This document shows, piece by piece, positions 38,812 through 52,618 of a DNA stretch of 64,000 bases. Source of the stretch: Octopus bimaculoides. Lineage: Eukaryota. The translations under genes and the position numbers were made by a program. The notes below the pieces were generated by a model. It searched no databases, was not told where the DNA came from, and saw nothing but the letters and a program-made list of their open reading frames with translations. Within the stretch, counting starts at the first letter, position 1; every line of letters starts with the position of its first letter. The stretch lies in the NCBI RefSeq assembly GCF_001194135.2, contig NC_068990.1:4338502-4402501 (forward strand). Direction: 5' to 3'.

Positions 38812-39314
38812 TGTGTGTGTGAGAGAGAGAGTGTGTGTGAGAGTGTGTGTATGTGTGTGTGTATATATATATACATATATATGCATACTTCTATATTATG
38901 TAAATGTATGTATATGCATATATGTACACACACACACACACACACACACACATAATATATATGATGAGCAAAATCACAGTTGTGGCAGATACTGGTGTCA
39001 CACAAATGGCACCTGTACCAGTGGCACATAAAAGCACCCGTTACACTCTCAGAGCAGTTGGCATTAGAAAGGGTATCCAGCTATAGAAACCATGTTAAAT
39101 CAGATTGGAGTCTGGTGCAACCTTTCAGCTTGCCAGCCCTGGTCAAACCATCCAACCCATGCCAACATGGACAATGGATGTTAAATGATGATGATGATGA
39201 TGATGATGATGTATAAATATATATGATATATATAATATATATGTATATATGATATATATAATATATGTGTATATATATTTATGAAATGAAGTATTTATAT
39301 CCAGATATATGTAT

Positions 39315-39366
<52 letters not shown>

Positions 39367-39949
39367 ATAGATGTGTATGTGCACACATACACAAACACAC
39401 ACAGATAATTACATCTGTATGTGACAGTGTCCAATGTGAGCATGTGTTACTTTAGCTTGAAAACTCTTAACTTAGTGGCTTGATGACATAATTTCAGACT
39501 GAAATAAATATTTGAGTCAATATGACTGGCTAATTAAGGTCACTGACCCAATATAGGCACAATCCAATGACTAAAACTAGTAAAATAGTAAGAAAAATAC
39601 ATAGCAAAGTTTGTTAATGTGAAATGTCATGTTACAGAACAGTTGGGTTTATGTTGGAGATTCTATCTGAAAGGATTTGATGTTAATTGTAGATGTATTT
39701 TCCTATGTCATTATACTAGCTGAAAAGTTATTTGTAATGTGTTTGAAGTTTTTCTGTTATGTGTAGTTCATGTATAGCAGATGTATGGTGTGCTGTAATG
39801 TATCATTGATGTTTTGTAAAAATTGTATCGTAACGCAGTTGAAGAAGACTAAATTGTTTTGTACTTATAAGGAGATCGATTGGGAGGTGTTTCATTATAG
39901 AAGCAGTGCAAGCATAGGTTAAGTGTGGCTGACTACCAAGCACAAGTAG

Positions 39950-40330
39950 TTACAAATGCATGAACTGTGATATCATTTGTATAGAAGTGTGTGGATACAG
40001 TTTGGCAGTGGCTGCCCTGTAAAATATAACCATCATCTTGATCGTTGACCATCTTATTCTTTGAGGCCCAGCATGCTGACATGTGTTCTTCAGCCAGGTG
40101 TGTAAACTATTGATGATACACCTCATGCTGTCCTTCGGCACTTATTGTACATTCATATCACATACAAGTGCAGTTGTCAGTTCTGTAAACTTCAACTGAG
40201 GTCACATGCAAATTTGCTTTCTCAGCTTGCTTACACTCTGGTTTTCATGTATGTTAACAATAGATATCAGACAGATCATGCTCAGCTCATTTCTCTCCAG
40301 CTTCCACAGACTTGCCTAATTCAATACTCA
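39950..40330 (-). mobile_element. Old RTE LINE remnant
   Basis: The reverse strand gives degenerate KLERNELSM...QSVSKLRE, matching the RT C-terminal motif seen in the other RTE copies. Confidence 0.5.
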
Positions 40331-43300
40331 TGTAACACATTCATGCAGTATTACAAATTTGGCACATGCTACATCCAGCCTAAGTTTTTGGAGGGGGAGA
40401 GAAAGAGGGAGAAGAGAGAGAGAGTGTAACTTTCTTTCACCCTCTTCTTTACATTAACATCTTTACTTCTACTACAAGCATTTCTAACATTAATTAAATT
40501 ACTAAGATAAAACTACATTTAAAAAGCCACATAAGTTTCCAGTTACACAGTATGATAAAGTAATAAAAGTTAAAACAAGAACTAGGAGGAAAGCATGTTC
40601 ACACTCATTTACAATCTAGAAATTTCTCTATGCAATTAGAAGTTAAAGCATTTGGACATTTAATTCAAATACTCAAAGAAGCAGATTAAATAAATTTTAT
40701 ACAGAAAACTTCAAAATTGGAAAAGAATGGTATGCCTATTGAAATTATATTTCAATAGCTTCAAAGGAAAGAATTAGCTTTTAGTTACAATGTTTCGAAA
40801 AATTAAGATTAGTCAATTAAAGTAAGATTGACACTAAGAAACATCTTGTAATTATATGCCTAGAATATATATCAATTTGCTATAAAAAAAATTATATATA
40901 TCAACTAGTTCCATTACCCACCACCTAGCCCCTCATGATTGAGTGAATAGCCATAGAAAAGGCTTCTAAACAACTGACTCAACATGAAAACGAAATTACC
41001 CAAGGAAAAACAAATGAATGTAAAAAGAGAGAAGCGGGGAAGATAAATGTTAAGTGAATAAGATCGTTGCAGAAGAAAATTTCAAAAGATAGAAAAAAGA
41101 TGAAATAATCTGATAGACCGGAAGATATGGTAAGATATGACAGAAACTGGAATTTAATGATAAGAATGTAGAGTTAGTTTTTGAAGTAACTTATTGTAAA
41201 TATTGGCACTGTCTATAGTGGCAAGCTGGTAGAATCGTTAAGATGATGGACAAAATACATAGCAGCATTTCATCCATTTTTACAGTTTGAGTTCAAATTC
41301 TACCAAGGTTACTTTGTATTTCATTCTTTCACAGTTGATGCAAAAAGTATCCACTGGCTTATGAACGAAATTTGCTTTGGGGATGCAAACCCAGGTCCAA
41401 AATTTTTCTTACAAAGTCTTATTTTATTTATTTTTGTTCCTTGTTCTTTTAGAAGAAACCTAACTTTAAGCTACTTTTTACAGATTACATTTTACACATT
41501 GTTTTCTAAACCTGAGAAAAGTAAGAATAGGTGCCAAAATTTCAGGAGGTACACTTGCACCTCCTGCATCCCCTGTTCCTGGGCCCATGTAAGTACCAGT
41601 GGAACACTGGGGTTGATGTAATTGATTTACCCACTCCCTCAAACTGCTGACCTTGGGCCAAAATTTGAAACCAATATTGGTATTTCATCCCTACTATTAG
41701 CTAATGCGATATCTCAGATACCCCCTCTCTCCTCAGAATTACATTATCTATATACGATTTTGCAGGCAGCTTGTTTGAACTTTTAACTTATTATTATGTA
41801 TGTGCCTATGTATTTTTATAGAAAATATAACATACTTGGTGACTCTGTTAGTGATGGCGCTATGTAAAAAGCACTGGAGCTAGTGCCATGTAAAAAGCAG
41901 CCAGTACACTCTATAAAGTGGTTGGCATTAGGGAGGCTACCCAGCTGTAGAAACCATGCCAAACCAGAAAACTGAGCCTGTCAAACTACCCAACTTATGC
42001 CAGCATAGAAAACAGACATTGAATATTGAAGATAATCAAGATCATGCATGTGTGTGTAAGAGTGAGTGTGACACAGGGGGAGGAGGGATTGGTATTTGTT
42101 TTCATGTCTCTTGTCAAGTCATTTCATCTCTTCTCTGATGTACAAAGTAATGGACAGAAATCTTCTCTTTCTTCAACATTTCTCTTTGTCTCTCGCTGTA
42201 AATATGCATACACACAACAACTATTTACTGTTTATTTCTTCACTCTGAGTAAACTCCTCCCCCCCACTTTCAACAGTAGTTTCTGTCATCCTCTCTCTAT
42301 ATAAACACACATGCTACCTATTGTTTGCTTCCTCTCTCTCTCTCTATGTAAGCACATACAGTAGTAAGTAGAAGTCACTCCCATTCTCTGTCTCTGTAAA
42401 CACACAAAAACAGAGCTGTTGTTCATTGATTAGTATATTCTGTATCTAAAGTCACAAGAGAAGGAAGACAACTGATTGCCAACTTTCGCACATATGAAAT
42501 TTTGCTTCAGGTAAACAATCACAAAAGTTGGGCATCCCTGAATATTTCCACCCACTTCCCAGTCATTCAGTTTAAGTTTCCACACCAGTCAGTGTTTATT
42601 CATTTAAACTGTATACATCTTTCAGTTATATCAGGTCACACAAGATCTGTAGGACTATGTTTTAACAAAGAGGTCTATTAAGACTGAAACATGTCCAAAG
42701 TTGTCATGCACTATTATCTATTTTTTTAATTACTTTTTATTAATTCAAATCTTTAGGTTGTCTCCCTTAAATTAATAATTAAAACAGAATTAATCCTCAA
42801 ACTGATGATTTAACTCCCCAGTAACAATGCAACTGTAATTAATCAACATTTTTTGGATCACTATATTAGCACCAACTTTAATAAAATATAAACAAGAATA
42901 ATTTATTGATGCGAACTATTGAGAATTGTTTTCTCAGTGAAAAAAAAATTCAACTATAAATAAGCATTAAAGGAACTATCTATTTTATGTAAGTCTATGT
43001 GAGAAAAAGTCATTGTTATAACTTTTAATAGTGGTACCTACTTATTCAGAAGCTAATCTTTCATTTTATATAATTCATCTTGTGGGATTTTCTTTTATTA
43101 CTCTTCATCCATTATGTTGCTGTCATCAATGGAATTTTGTTAGAACAATTATTTTTTATTGCTGAATAAGATTTCTAGAATGAACAACTCAACTGTGAAA
43201 TAAGAGTAAAACCTTTTACATTTTTTTTGTCAGCAAAGTAAACTAGAACAACGTTGCATACATTGACTAGGTATGTAACAGAATAATCAAACTCATCTCT

Positions 43301-43707
43301 ATGTAGTCAGTTGTGTAAAAGCTTACCCTCATAGCCAAGATGTTTTATGAATTGTCAAGAACAAAAGATGATAAAACTTACAAATACATCATACTTAAAA
43401 TTTTACACTTTGGGGGACTTCCTTTAGAAAAAAAATTCATGCTATTATCGAAAAGTCAGTTGAAAGAGTTGTATAAAGCTAGAGTTCTTTTTTATTACAT
43501 TTTGAACCATTTTCTTACACAAGAGAATTTCCAGTTCAAAATATTTACATACTGTAAAAGGGGCTCTTTAGGAAATAAGATTTGTAAATAGTTTCAATAA
43601 ATAAGGTGTATTTAAACAGTCTAAACATAAGCAGTCTATCTAGATTGAAGAGGATAAAAAATGATGAAATACAGTAAACTCTCACTGTCTGCCTGTCTGT
43701 TTGTCTC

Positions 43708-43740
<33 letters not shown>

Positions 43741-43750
43741 NNNNNNNNNN
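43741..43750. other. Assembly gap (10 N)
   Basis: Run of N between (CT)n and (TG)n. Confidence 1.
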
Positions 43751-44414
43751 ATGTGTGTGTGTGTGTGTGTGTGTGTATTACTTGTTTCAGATTTTGGATT
43801 ATAGCCACGGTGCTGGGCCACCATATTGAAGGATCTATTTGAACAAATGTACCCCAGTATTTATTTTTTATTTATAAACCTGGTACCTTTGCCAAACATA
43901 AACAAACCAACACCAGCTGTTAAGTAGTGGAAAGGTACAACACAAAGACACACGCATGCATGCGCGCACATACCCACACACACACGCTCACTCAGCTTCT
44001 TTTAGTTTCCGTCTTGCCAAATCCATGTACAAGGCTTTGGTTGGCCTGGAGCAAAAGTAAGAGAAAACACTTGGCCACTGCATAATGGGATTGAGCCCAG
44101 AACCATGTTGTTAAGATGTAGACGTCTTATTACAAAGCTACTGTGAGTGTATGTGTGTGTGATTGTGCATGTGTGTATGTGTGCAAATATTTATAAGTGA
44201 ATATATATATATAAGCATACATATATGTATATATATATGCAAACATACATTTGTACATATTTATATATAGACTTTTATATAAATATTTGTGTGTGTAAAC
44301 AAACACACACACACACACACGTGTGTGTGTATGTAAGTATAATAAAACTTAAAGATATTTGTAAACACATGCATATTAATGCTTATAATCCTCTGAGTAA
44401 ATAAATTATCTTAC

Positions 44415-44496
44415 CACTTCTGTCTGCTGCCCCACCACGGAGAATTCTGGCGATTTCTAAGCTCTGTTTTTTCTCATTTTTTTGTATAGTTGCACC
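44415..44496 (-). CDS. MPP7: MAGUK p55-family (MPP7-like) internal exon, PDZ N-terminal part
   Basis: Reverse complement reads ttgtcatttcag|GGTGCAACT...GACAGAAGTG|gtaaga. It is 82 nt, phase 0 to 1, and translates GATIQKNEKKQSLEIARILRGGAADRS(G), the GATI...ARI.RGGAADRSG motif of MPP-family PDZ domains. Confidence 0.93.
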
Positions 44497-44726
44497 CTGA
44501 AATGACAATTATTGATAAATATAGTCACAGATTTAGAAATAACTTTGGATCAATAAGTTCAAAATAATTCATGTATTCATGTATATTTCCAAGGAAATAG
44601 ACCAATGATAGTTTTAGTGTTATAAAAGGATTTATGTGTCTTTTAATAATTCTTGCACACTGAACCTTAAAGATATCTCTCTTATTTCTTCACCAACAGG
44701 CAAACCAGAATATACATCAACAGAAC

Positions 44727-44764
<38 letters not shown>

Positions 44765-44813
44765 TTATACAAATGTACAATATATACATGTATCTATCTA
44801 TCTATCTATCTAT

Positions 44814-44890
<77 letters not shown>

Positions 44891-45559
44891 ATATATATGT
44901 TACACATGAACACACACATATGTTTATAGACATACCATGTTAAATAGCACAAAAATATATCAGTAGTAGAAGAAAACTGTTCATCACACACATATATACC
45001 TGTGCAAATATGTGTATATCTATCTATCTATATTATATACACACATACACATATATATATATGTTCATAAATATGTGTGCATGCAAGTTTGTCTCCATTT
45101 TCCTTTTGTATTCACATGACTTTTGTAGCAGTTCATGTCTCACTTAAACAAAATATGTCAGCAAGTCAAAGAGCAAACACTAAATACAGTACTTTTACAG
45201 TACAACTTCACAAGGGGAAGAGTATATACATATATACACACACATACATATCTGGATTTAGGAATCCTATTGCTACCAATGAAAATTACACGTGCGTTGA
45301 CATAATATGATATATACTGCTGTACAATTTAAAATCTTTTGTTGATAATTTATCAACTTCAAAATCATTCCCAAAATCCTTTGCTACTTAAGGCACAGAA
45401 TTATTATGACTATCACTTTATTTTGAAAGTAGTATTGAAGGTTTCAAAACTTGATATGAATGTCATCATTCCAAATAAAACATATAGTACTACAAGGCAA
45501 CAAGACAAATTAGGTGTATATATGGACTTATGCATATTATATATATATATATATATATA

Positions 45560-45560
45560 T

Positions 45561-45592
<32 letters not shown>

Positions 45593-45870
45593 TTAACGTC
45601 CGCTTTCCATGCTAGCATGGGTTGGACGACTTGACTGAGGACTGGTGAAACCGGATGGCAACACCAGGCTCCAATCTAAATTTGGCAGAGTTTCTACAGC
45701 TGGATGCCCTTCCTAACGCCAACCACTCAGAGAGTGTAGTAGGTGCTTTTACGTGTCACCTGCACGAAGGCCAGTCAGGCGATACTGGCAACGGCCACGC
45801 TCGAAATGGTGTCTTTTATGTGCCACCCGCACAGGAGCCAGTCCAGGGGCACTGGCAACGATCTCGCTTG
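45560..45870 (-). mobile_element. Young RTE-tail (SINE-like) element ending in (CAT)n on the plus strand
   Basis: Near-identical to 22351-22525 over ~170 bp and CpG-rich. More diverged copies at ~11090-11460, 20130-20330, 38990-39210 and 41830-42040. Confidence 0.75.
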
Positions 45871-46073
45871 NNNNNNNNNNNNNNNNNNNNNNNNNNNNNN
45901 NNNNNNNNNNNNNNNNNNNNNNNNNNNNNNNNNNNNNNNNNNNNNNNNNNNNNNNNNNNNNNNNNNNNNNNNNNNNNNNNNNNNNNNNNNNNNNNNNNNN
46001 NNNNNNNNNNNNNNNNNNNNNNNNNNNNNNNNNNNNNNNNNNNNNNNNNNNNNNNNNNNNNNNNNNNNNNNNN
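45871..46073. other. Assembly gap (203 N)
   Basis: Run of N between a young repeat and (TA)n. Confidence 1.
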
Positions 46074-46110
<37 letters not shown>

Positions 46111-48154
46111 CACTCATGCACACACATAAACACACACTCACACACATACAAACATACACACACACATGTACACAAATAGATAAGTAGCAGCATAGTTCAA
46201 AATGTGTGTGTGTGTGTTTGTGTGCACACATGCAAGCATGCATGTGTGCATATAAATATTTATAAAGTTCCTCTTGGTTTCTTCCAGCACTTCAAAACCT
46301 TTTACCATTTTAAGACTGCTGCGCTATTTTCATGAATAATGTGAAGATTATATAGTGTTGAATATAATATATACTGAATTAATATATTTCCTGACATAAA
46401 AGTGAAGTTGAGAAAGGATGTGATGCTGTGATGATCTTCCATTATATAAGCCTTTGGAATTATAAACTGGACGATCATCGCAATCGCACTAACTTTTAGG
46501 AAAGGAAAAGGCATGGTTCCAAATAAGAATCATAAATTTTATTACAGACAAACACGAATCATAAATTGTGTTATAGAGTCAGCTAACTGGTGGCTTATTC
46601 CTGCTGTAAGTCACATATAACTAGCTATTAAATAAGTTGTGATGTATTTTGTGATATAATACTTCAGTTTGTGTAGCTTTCATGTTGGAGGTACTGGATG
46701 ATCTGGGAATATTCCTGGTTTGAGATCTGATAACCTATCCAGGTGTAAATTTATTTCCCATCTACTTAACATCAAAAATCTAGAGATACTTTCTGGCCCT
46801 ATAATTCCCTAGAGCTTGTCGAATATTCACATTACAATGATTGACTACAAATGATTTCTGAGGGGAAATCTATTATCATTTTTGAATAGCTTATTCAAAG
46901 AAGAAGGACAATAGAGAAGATCCTTCAGAGAGTATCTAAGACAGATGAGAAAAGGAGGAGGTTATTCTTAGATCAGAGAAATTCCATCTTCTAAAAGTTA
47001 CTCAAGGGACTTGTGAGGATGTTAAACTGAGCATCAGACTCAGTCTACCATCTCCGAAATGGTAACACTCTCCCTGATAGGCTTCTACAGTTTCACAGCT
47101 AAATTTCAATTACAAAGCTTTCATTGAGCCAATGTTAGGATAAGGAACTGCACAATGAGATTGAGCCTCAAACAAAGCAGTTTTGAAGCAAACTTCTTAA
47201 TCACAAAGCCATGACAATATTAAACATACTTTTGCATGCTGATGACCTTGTTTTCAGTCCTCAAAATAAACCTATCAAAGACAACAGCTTTTGTTTGCAG
47301 GAAAGAAGACACAACTCTGCAGTTGTTAGGGATGTGGCCACATTCAACATGCACAGAAGGACATATATGAATCCTGGAAGGATGAATGACAATGTTGATG
47401 TTGGCAGGATTTGAATTTCAAATGCAAAGAGCCAGAATAAATGTTACAATGCATTTGGTTCAATATTCTAATGACCCTGATAAATTCTCACCTATAGAAA
47501 ACTAGAAGATAAACTTGAGTATCAGAGGAAAGTGGTTATGTATAAAAACATCGACAATGGTTGAATGAGACAACAATGAGAAGAATTTGTGATAACGGGA
47601 AATTTCTGGTCCTCTGTAAGAGACTGGATTATATGAGGTAATTGTTTGGCTCCGGCAGTGTTCTGTATCTAGAAAATTTGCAACAAATTTCGAATGCTAA
47701 ACTAAACTTAAAATTTTAATAATTTATACACAGGGCAGAGTCTTTCATTTCATCATGTTCTCTATGTATTCTGGAATTTTAGTGGTGGTTTAAGAGAAAC
47801 GAAACTGCTAATTATGTAAACGTATGAGATTCACCACTTGCGAGAAAGAGACTCGTATTCTCATTTCCAAATTTCAGGTTAGATGTTGTTGTTGTTGTTG
47901 TTGTTTAACCCTAAGTCAGACTTATAATTAAAGGTGTTCCAGCAAGGATTTTCTACTCTTTCTATATTGGATAGAGCATCTAGGAATATATCATCTAACG
48001 TGCCCTTCCCTTTTTTTAAGTAAGTATTGTATGATCTTGAGAAAATTCAGCTGCTGTTTCAAGCAGGCTGAGTAGTTATGTTGAGGCTTTGTTGATAGCA
48101 TGTCAATAGCAAAAGAGGAATTGGTTAAACATTTTGAAGAGAACAAATTCAGAT

Positions 48155-48232
48155 TCTAAAATATAATGCTTGTGATGCATTCTAAAATATAATGCTGGTG
48201 ATGCATTCTAAAATATAATGCTGGTGATGCAT
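48155..48232. repeat. 26-bp tandem repeat x3
   Basis: TCTAAAATATAATGCT(T/G)GTGATGCAT three times, one mismatch. Confidence 0.95.
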
Positions 48233-50554
48233 CTGCACTGATCAGGTTTGTAGGTATTGGGAGAAAAAAGATTTCATAAATATTGCAGCTACAGTAGTGA
48301 ATCTAGGATGAAGTAATTAACAGCAACAACCATACAGGTAATATATTATGGGTGGTTTTGGTAACTATCAGATAAAACTTTCAGAATATATATATTCACT
48401 TTGGCGATTAAGTATCTAGTGAGCTTATCCTTTATGTGTGTGTGTGTCTGTCTGTATGTGTGTGTTGCCTTCTATATGGGAAATAGATACCATATCTTAC
48501 AATAGAATGCTAGGAAGCAAAAATATGGCTGAGTTGTTAAAAGTATCAGATAGAATGATGCCTTGCCATATTTGTCCTGGCTTTCTGCAATCTGAATTCA
48601 AATCTTTGAGCTCAACTTTGCCTTTTGTTCTTTTGTGAGTGATAAAATAAAGTTCAGGGCAGTGACTCGGCAAAATTGTTAAGAACACTGAAGAAAATGC
48701 CTTGCTGTATCTCTTCCGTTTCTATATATCCAAGTTTAACTTCCATCCAAGGAGTCAGATTCCAGCAATGGCCTGGATTTGACCATGCTACTGCAATTGA
48801 TTATGAAGGTTGAAATAGGTAGAGCAATATTGTGACCACAGGCTACAGTAATAAAACTGTGACGATGATTCTAAAAGGAATTTAATATCTAAGAATAATG
48901 AAGTTTTAAGTGAAATGTCAATAAATAAATCCCATTGTCTTCATAAAATATGAAACCAAATAGATTAATGAATGAACATTTAAAGCAATGAATATTGCTT
49001 CTTTGTTACAATTTGAATAACATAAATGCGTGGGTTTATGTAATGTCAAGAAATTCTATATTTTTGAAATTGGTTATAAACTTTATGAATTTGTAATGTA
49101 AAAAGAAAACCAAAATAACTGAGGTTTTGGCATGATGTTTTAAATTTCCTTATTCTTCCACAATTTAGAAACAATGCACAGCTAAAAGCCATCATACTTC
49201 ATAGAATGCAAGATCTAGTTATTTGATATCCTTACATGATGGTGATTTGCAACTCATCTAATTAGGACTACACTAAAAACAGCCAGTTGCTGATCATAAC
49301 TAGAAAATATATCCCATTTCTGAATAACAGCTATCCCCATACAAATTACTTTAACCCAAAGGTAGGGAACTCTTTATGTTGTAAAGCCACATTAATGAAG
49401 TTAACTATTAACAAATAAGGTCACATTTCACAAAATAATTTGTGCTATTTAACATATATAAAATACAGTCATTCAGGAAAATTGTTACAAAATGTAAAAC
49501 AGGCAGATTCAGAATTAGTTCTCTTATCATAACTTAATTTTAATTTTGTTTTTGAAAAATTCTTCAGATTTCTATATTTTCAAGATATCCCCAGCATGGC
49601 CAAAGCCTAATGACTGAAACAAGTAAAAGAAGTGTTCCTTAAAATTTGTCACTGAAAAAATATGCCTTAAATAAAATAAAATCAGCAAAAATATATTCCA
49701 ATATAAGGATTTCCTCCCAAACAGTGCACCTCTATCAGAAAGCTGCAAATAACCCAGCTCTGCTCTAACCTTTTACTAAAGCAGATGAGTCAAATAGGAG
49801 GCCCTTTATGTGGTTGCTTAACCTGCTAAAAATAGCAGCCAAGTCTCTTTGAAACCACGACTCACCATCTTAAACCCCCACACACACACATACACAAAAC
49901 AATGGATAATGTAATTCTAGGTAGACAACATCTGAAAAACAAACATGGCATGGCTGGAATGGCTTTTGGCCACAGATAAGTTTAACCAGGGAAGCCTTGG
50001 GGCTAAACAACAATACAACTATGCCATACACTTGTTTTGCTTCCTAAATATTTGCTTTGTTGATAATTCATTTATTCACCGAGTTGCTTAATAACTTTAT
50101 CTCTTCACTTACTACTGCAATAATCCCTGCTCCTATAAACTTGCATACTCTATGTATACCAATCTCACATAATTCCACTTGTTTTGCTTATTCTCTCAGC
50201 AGTCATCATTCCATTGTTTCTCATTCACTCACACTCCATTGTAAACACTTTCCAATCCTTTTAGATTGAACATTAAGTATATTAATCTTATCTAGTTGGC
50301 TTTATTTCTCAGTAGAAAATAACTTGAAAATAATAAAAAGAAAAACACAGGCTGTTAGTCTCCTTCATACAAGCTAAAGGAAAGACATCTCATAAATTTC
50401 CTTAATGCAATTTGATAATAATATTAGTCTCCTTTGGCAAGGCAGAAGGTTAAGAGAAATGACTGTGACATGAAATTGTAACACTTTTCACATCAAATCA
50501 CACATTGTGTGTATGCAAGTATATATCTGTCAGTCTCTCACTCACTCACACTGG

Positions 50555-50587
<33 letters not shown>

Positions 50588-50634
50588 TATCTCTCTCTCT
50601 CTCACTCTCTATCTCTCTCTCTCTCTCTCTCTCA

Positions 50635-50730
<96 letters not shown>

Positions 50731-50876
50731 TTTTGATATAGGATATAATTATCTTACTACACGTAGAACTTACCAATATGAAGTTTAAGAATAATCCTCT
50801 AGAGAGGATACAATAAACACAGCTAATAATTGTAACGAATCTTTAGTTATAATTTTGTTTACTGCATTATCATTAA

Positions 50877-51097
50877 ACCGTTAGCATTTAAATTGGCAAT
50901 ATCTGGCAAAATATTCTACCTGTTTTATCTTTAAACCAGTCAGATCTGGCCTGTCACACTTAACCCTACAATGCCATTTTTAAAAATAAACCATCACGTC
51001 ATTGAAATATCAAAGCTGTGAGATAGTACAGGATCAATTCAAAGCAACACAAATAAATAAGCATTACATTTGACACAGTTATCTGAATGCTAAAGGG
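50877..51097. mobile_element. piggyBac-type MITE (TTAA-flanked, CCCTTTAGCATT-like TIRs)
   Basis: TTAA|ACCGTTAGCATTT ... AATGCTAAAGGG|TTAA. Homologous copies at 33449-33668, ~7150-7291 and ~4700-4890. Confidence 0.7.
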
Positions 51098-51266
51098 TTA
51101 AAGTCTCTATTTTTAAAATTAAATTAATAAACTAATTTAGTTAAATTACTTTGTGCTCTTTGATGACAAAAGCTTTGTATTTAGATGATATAAGATGTGT
51201 GATGAGAAGTATATGTGTATCTGTTATTTATTTTCTGATCCTTAATTAGCTAAAATTTAATTTAAT

Positions 51267-52618
51267 TTAGCTTCCATATTAGGAATTTCTTCTCTAAATC
51301 TTTGTCATAATCAGCTGAGAATGAGGTTTATTTGCTTAGGGGATTTTAAATCCTCTGTTATAATCTAGACAAGCATAATGAGTAGGAGGGAATTGAGATC
51401 CAAACTCTGACTGACACCTACCTACTTCCATGTTAAATTCCTTGCTGAACTCATTTGCCAACTCCCACCTTGTCGATGGCATCACTGTACATGACTGGCA
51501 AGGCTCTTCACCTATATTCACTTACATTTAACTTTCTTTTTTAATAACTCCAGAAAAACAGAATTCTGTGTCCATATTTTCAAGATTTCTACATCCAAAC
51601 ACTGTTATCTTCATGTTGTCCTTTCAATCATGAGCTGACCTCCACAAACTTGTGGCCATAATTCTTCTTGCCTTAAAATTGGCTCATGAAATATTCAATA
51701 CCTTGCATATAAAGGCATAATTAGTTATAATTAACGATAATATATAAATAGTTACATTGTTTTATACATTTGAGATTTATCAATTGCTATCCCCACTTTT
51801 CACATAGACATTGTTATATGTTTAATTTGTTCAGAAATTTATATCAAGTCCTTTAATGATAAATGTCTTTGTTTCTGATGAATCAAAATTTATAGCGTGA
51901 AGTACATGTATGCCCACTTGTCACTACTGCAGCTGCTACTACTGCCACTACCACCACCACCACAATCATCATCATCCTCATTATCATCAGCCACAGCAAC
52001 ATTCACATCTTTTTCCATGCTTGCATGGACTGGGCAGGTTTTCAAGAACTGAGTTTGCTATGGACAATCAATATTTCCTTTGTGAGGTTCAGTATCCTGA
52101 GAGTAAGCTCTTCTTCATAACATTGCTTCTGCTTGCACCGCTTGGTACTTATTTTACCCAAATGTAATACACCATACACTTCATATATCTATACCAGTGC
52201 AATTTCCTGTTTTGCATTCTTTACCTAATTCTTCATATATGTAGCTTTGCTCTCAGTTAAATTGCCACTTAAACATACTAAATGTTACACATCCAGTGGT
52301 GCTTGTTTGTCGAATTTCTTTCTATGCTTAGCTTCCATATTAGGAATTTCTTCTCTACATCTTTGTCATAATCAGCTATGAGAATGAGGTTTATTTGCTT
52401 ACAGGATTTACCGCTGTGAGTTAGGCTTAAAGTCCTGTTATAATCTAGACAAGCATAATGAACAATGGGGAACTGAGATCCAACCTCTGACTGGTTCCTA
52501 CCTACTTCCATGTTAAATTCCTTGCAGAACTCATTTGCCAACTCCCACCTTGTAGACAGCATCACTGTACATGACTGGCAAGGCTCCTCCGCTACATTCA
52601 CTTACATCTAACTTTCTT
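51267..52618. repeat. Local direct duplication of a ~270-290-bp segment (51267-51538 and 52328-52618)
   Basis: By manual alignment about 90% identity outside one 16-vs-33-nt variable block, with a sharp left boundary at TTAG|CTTCC. Confidence 0.92.
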
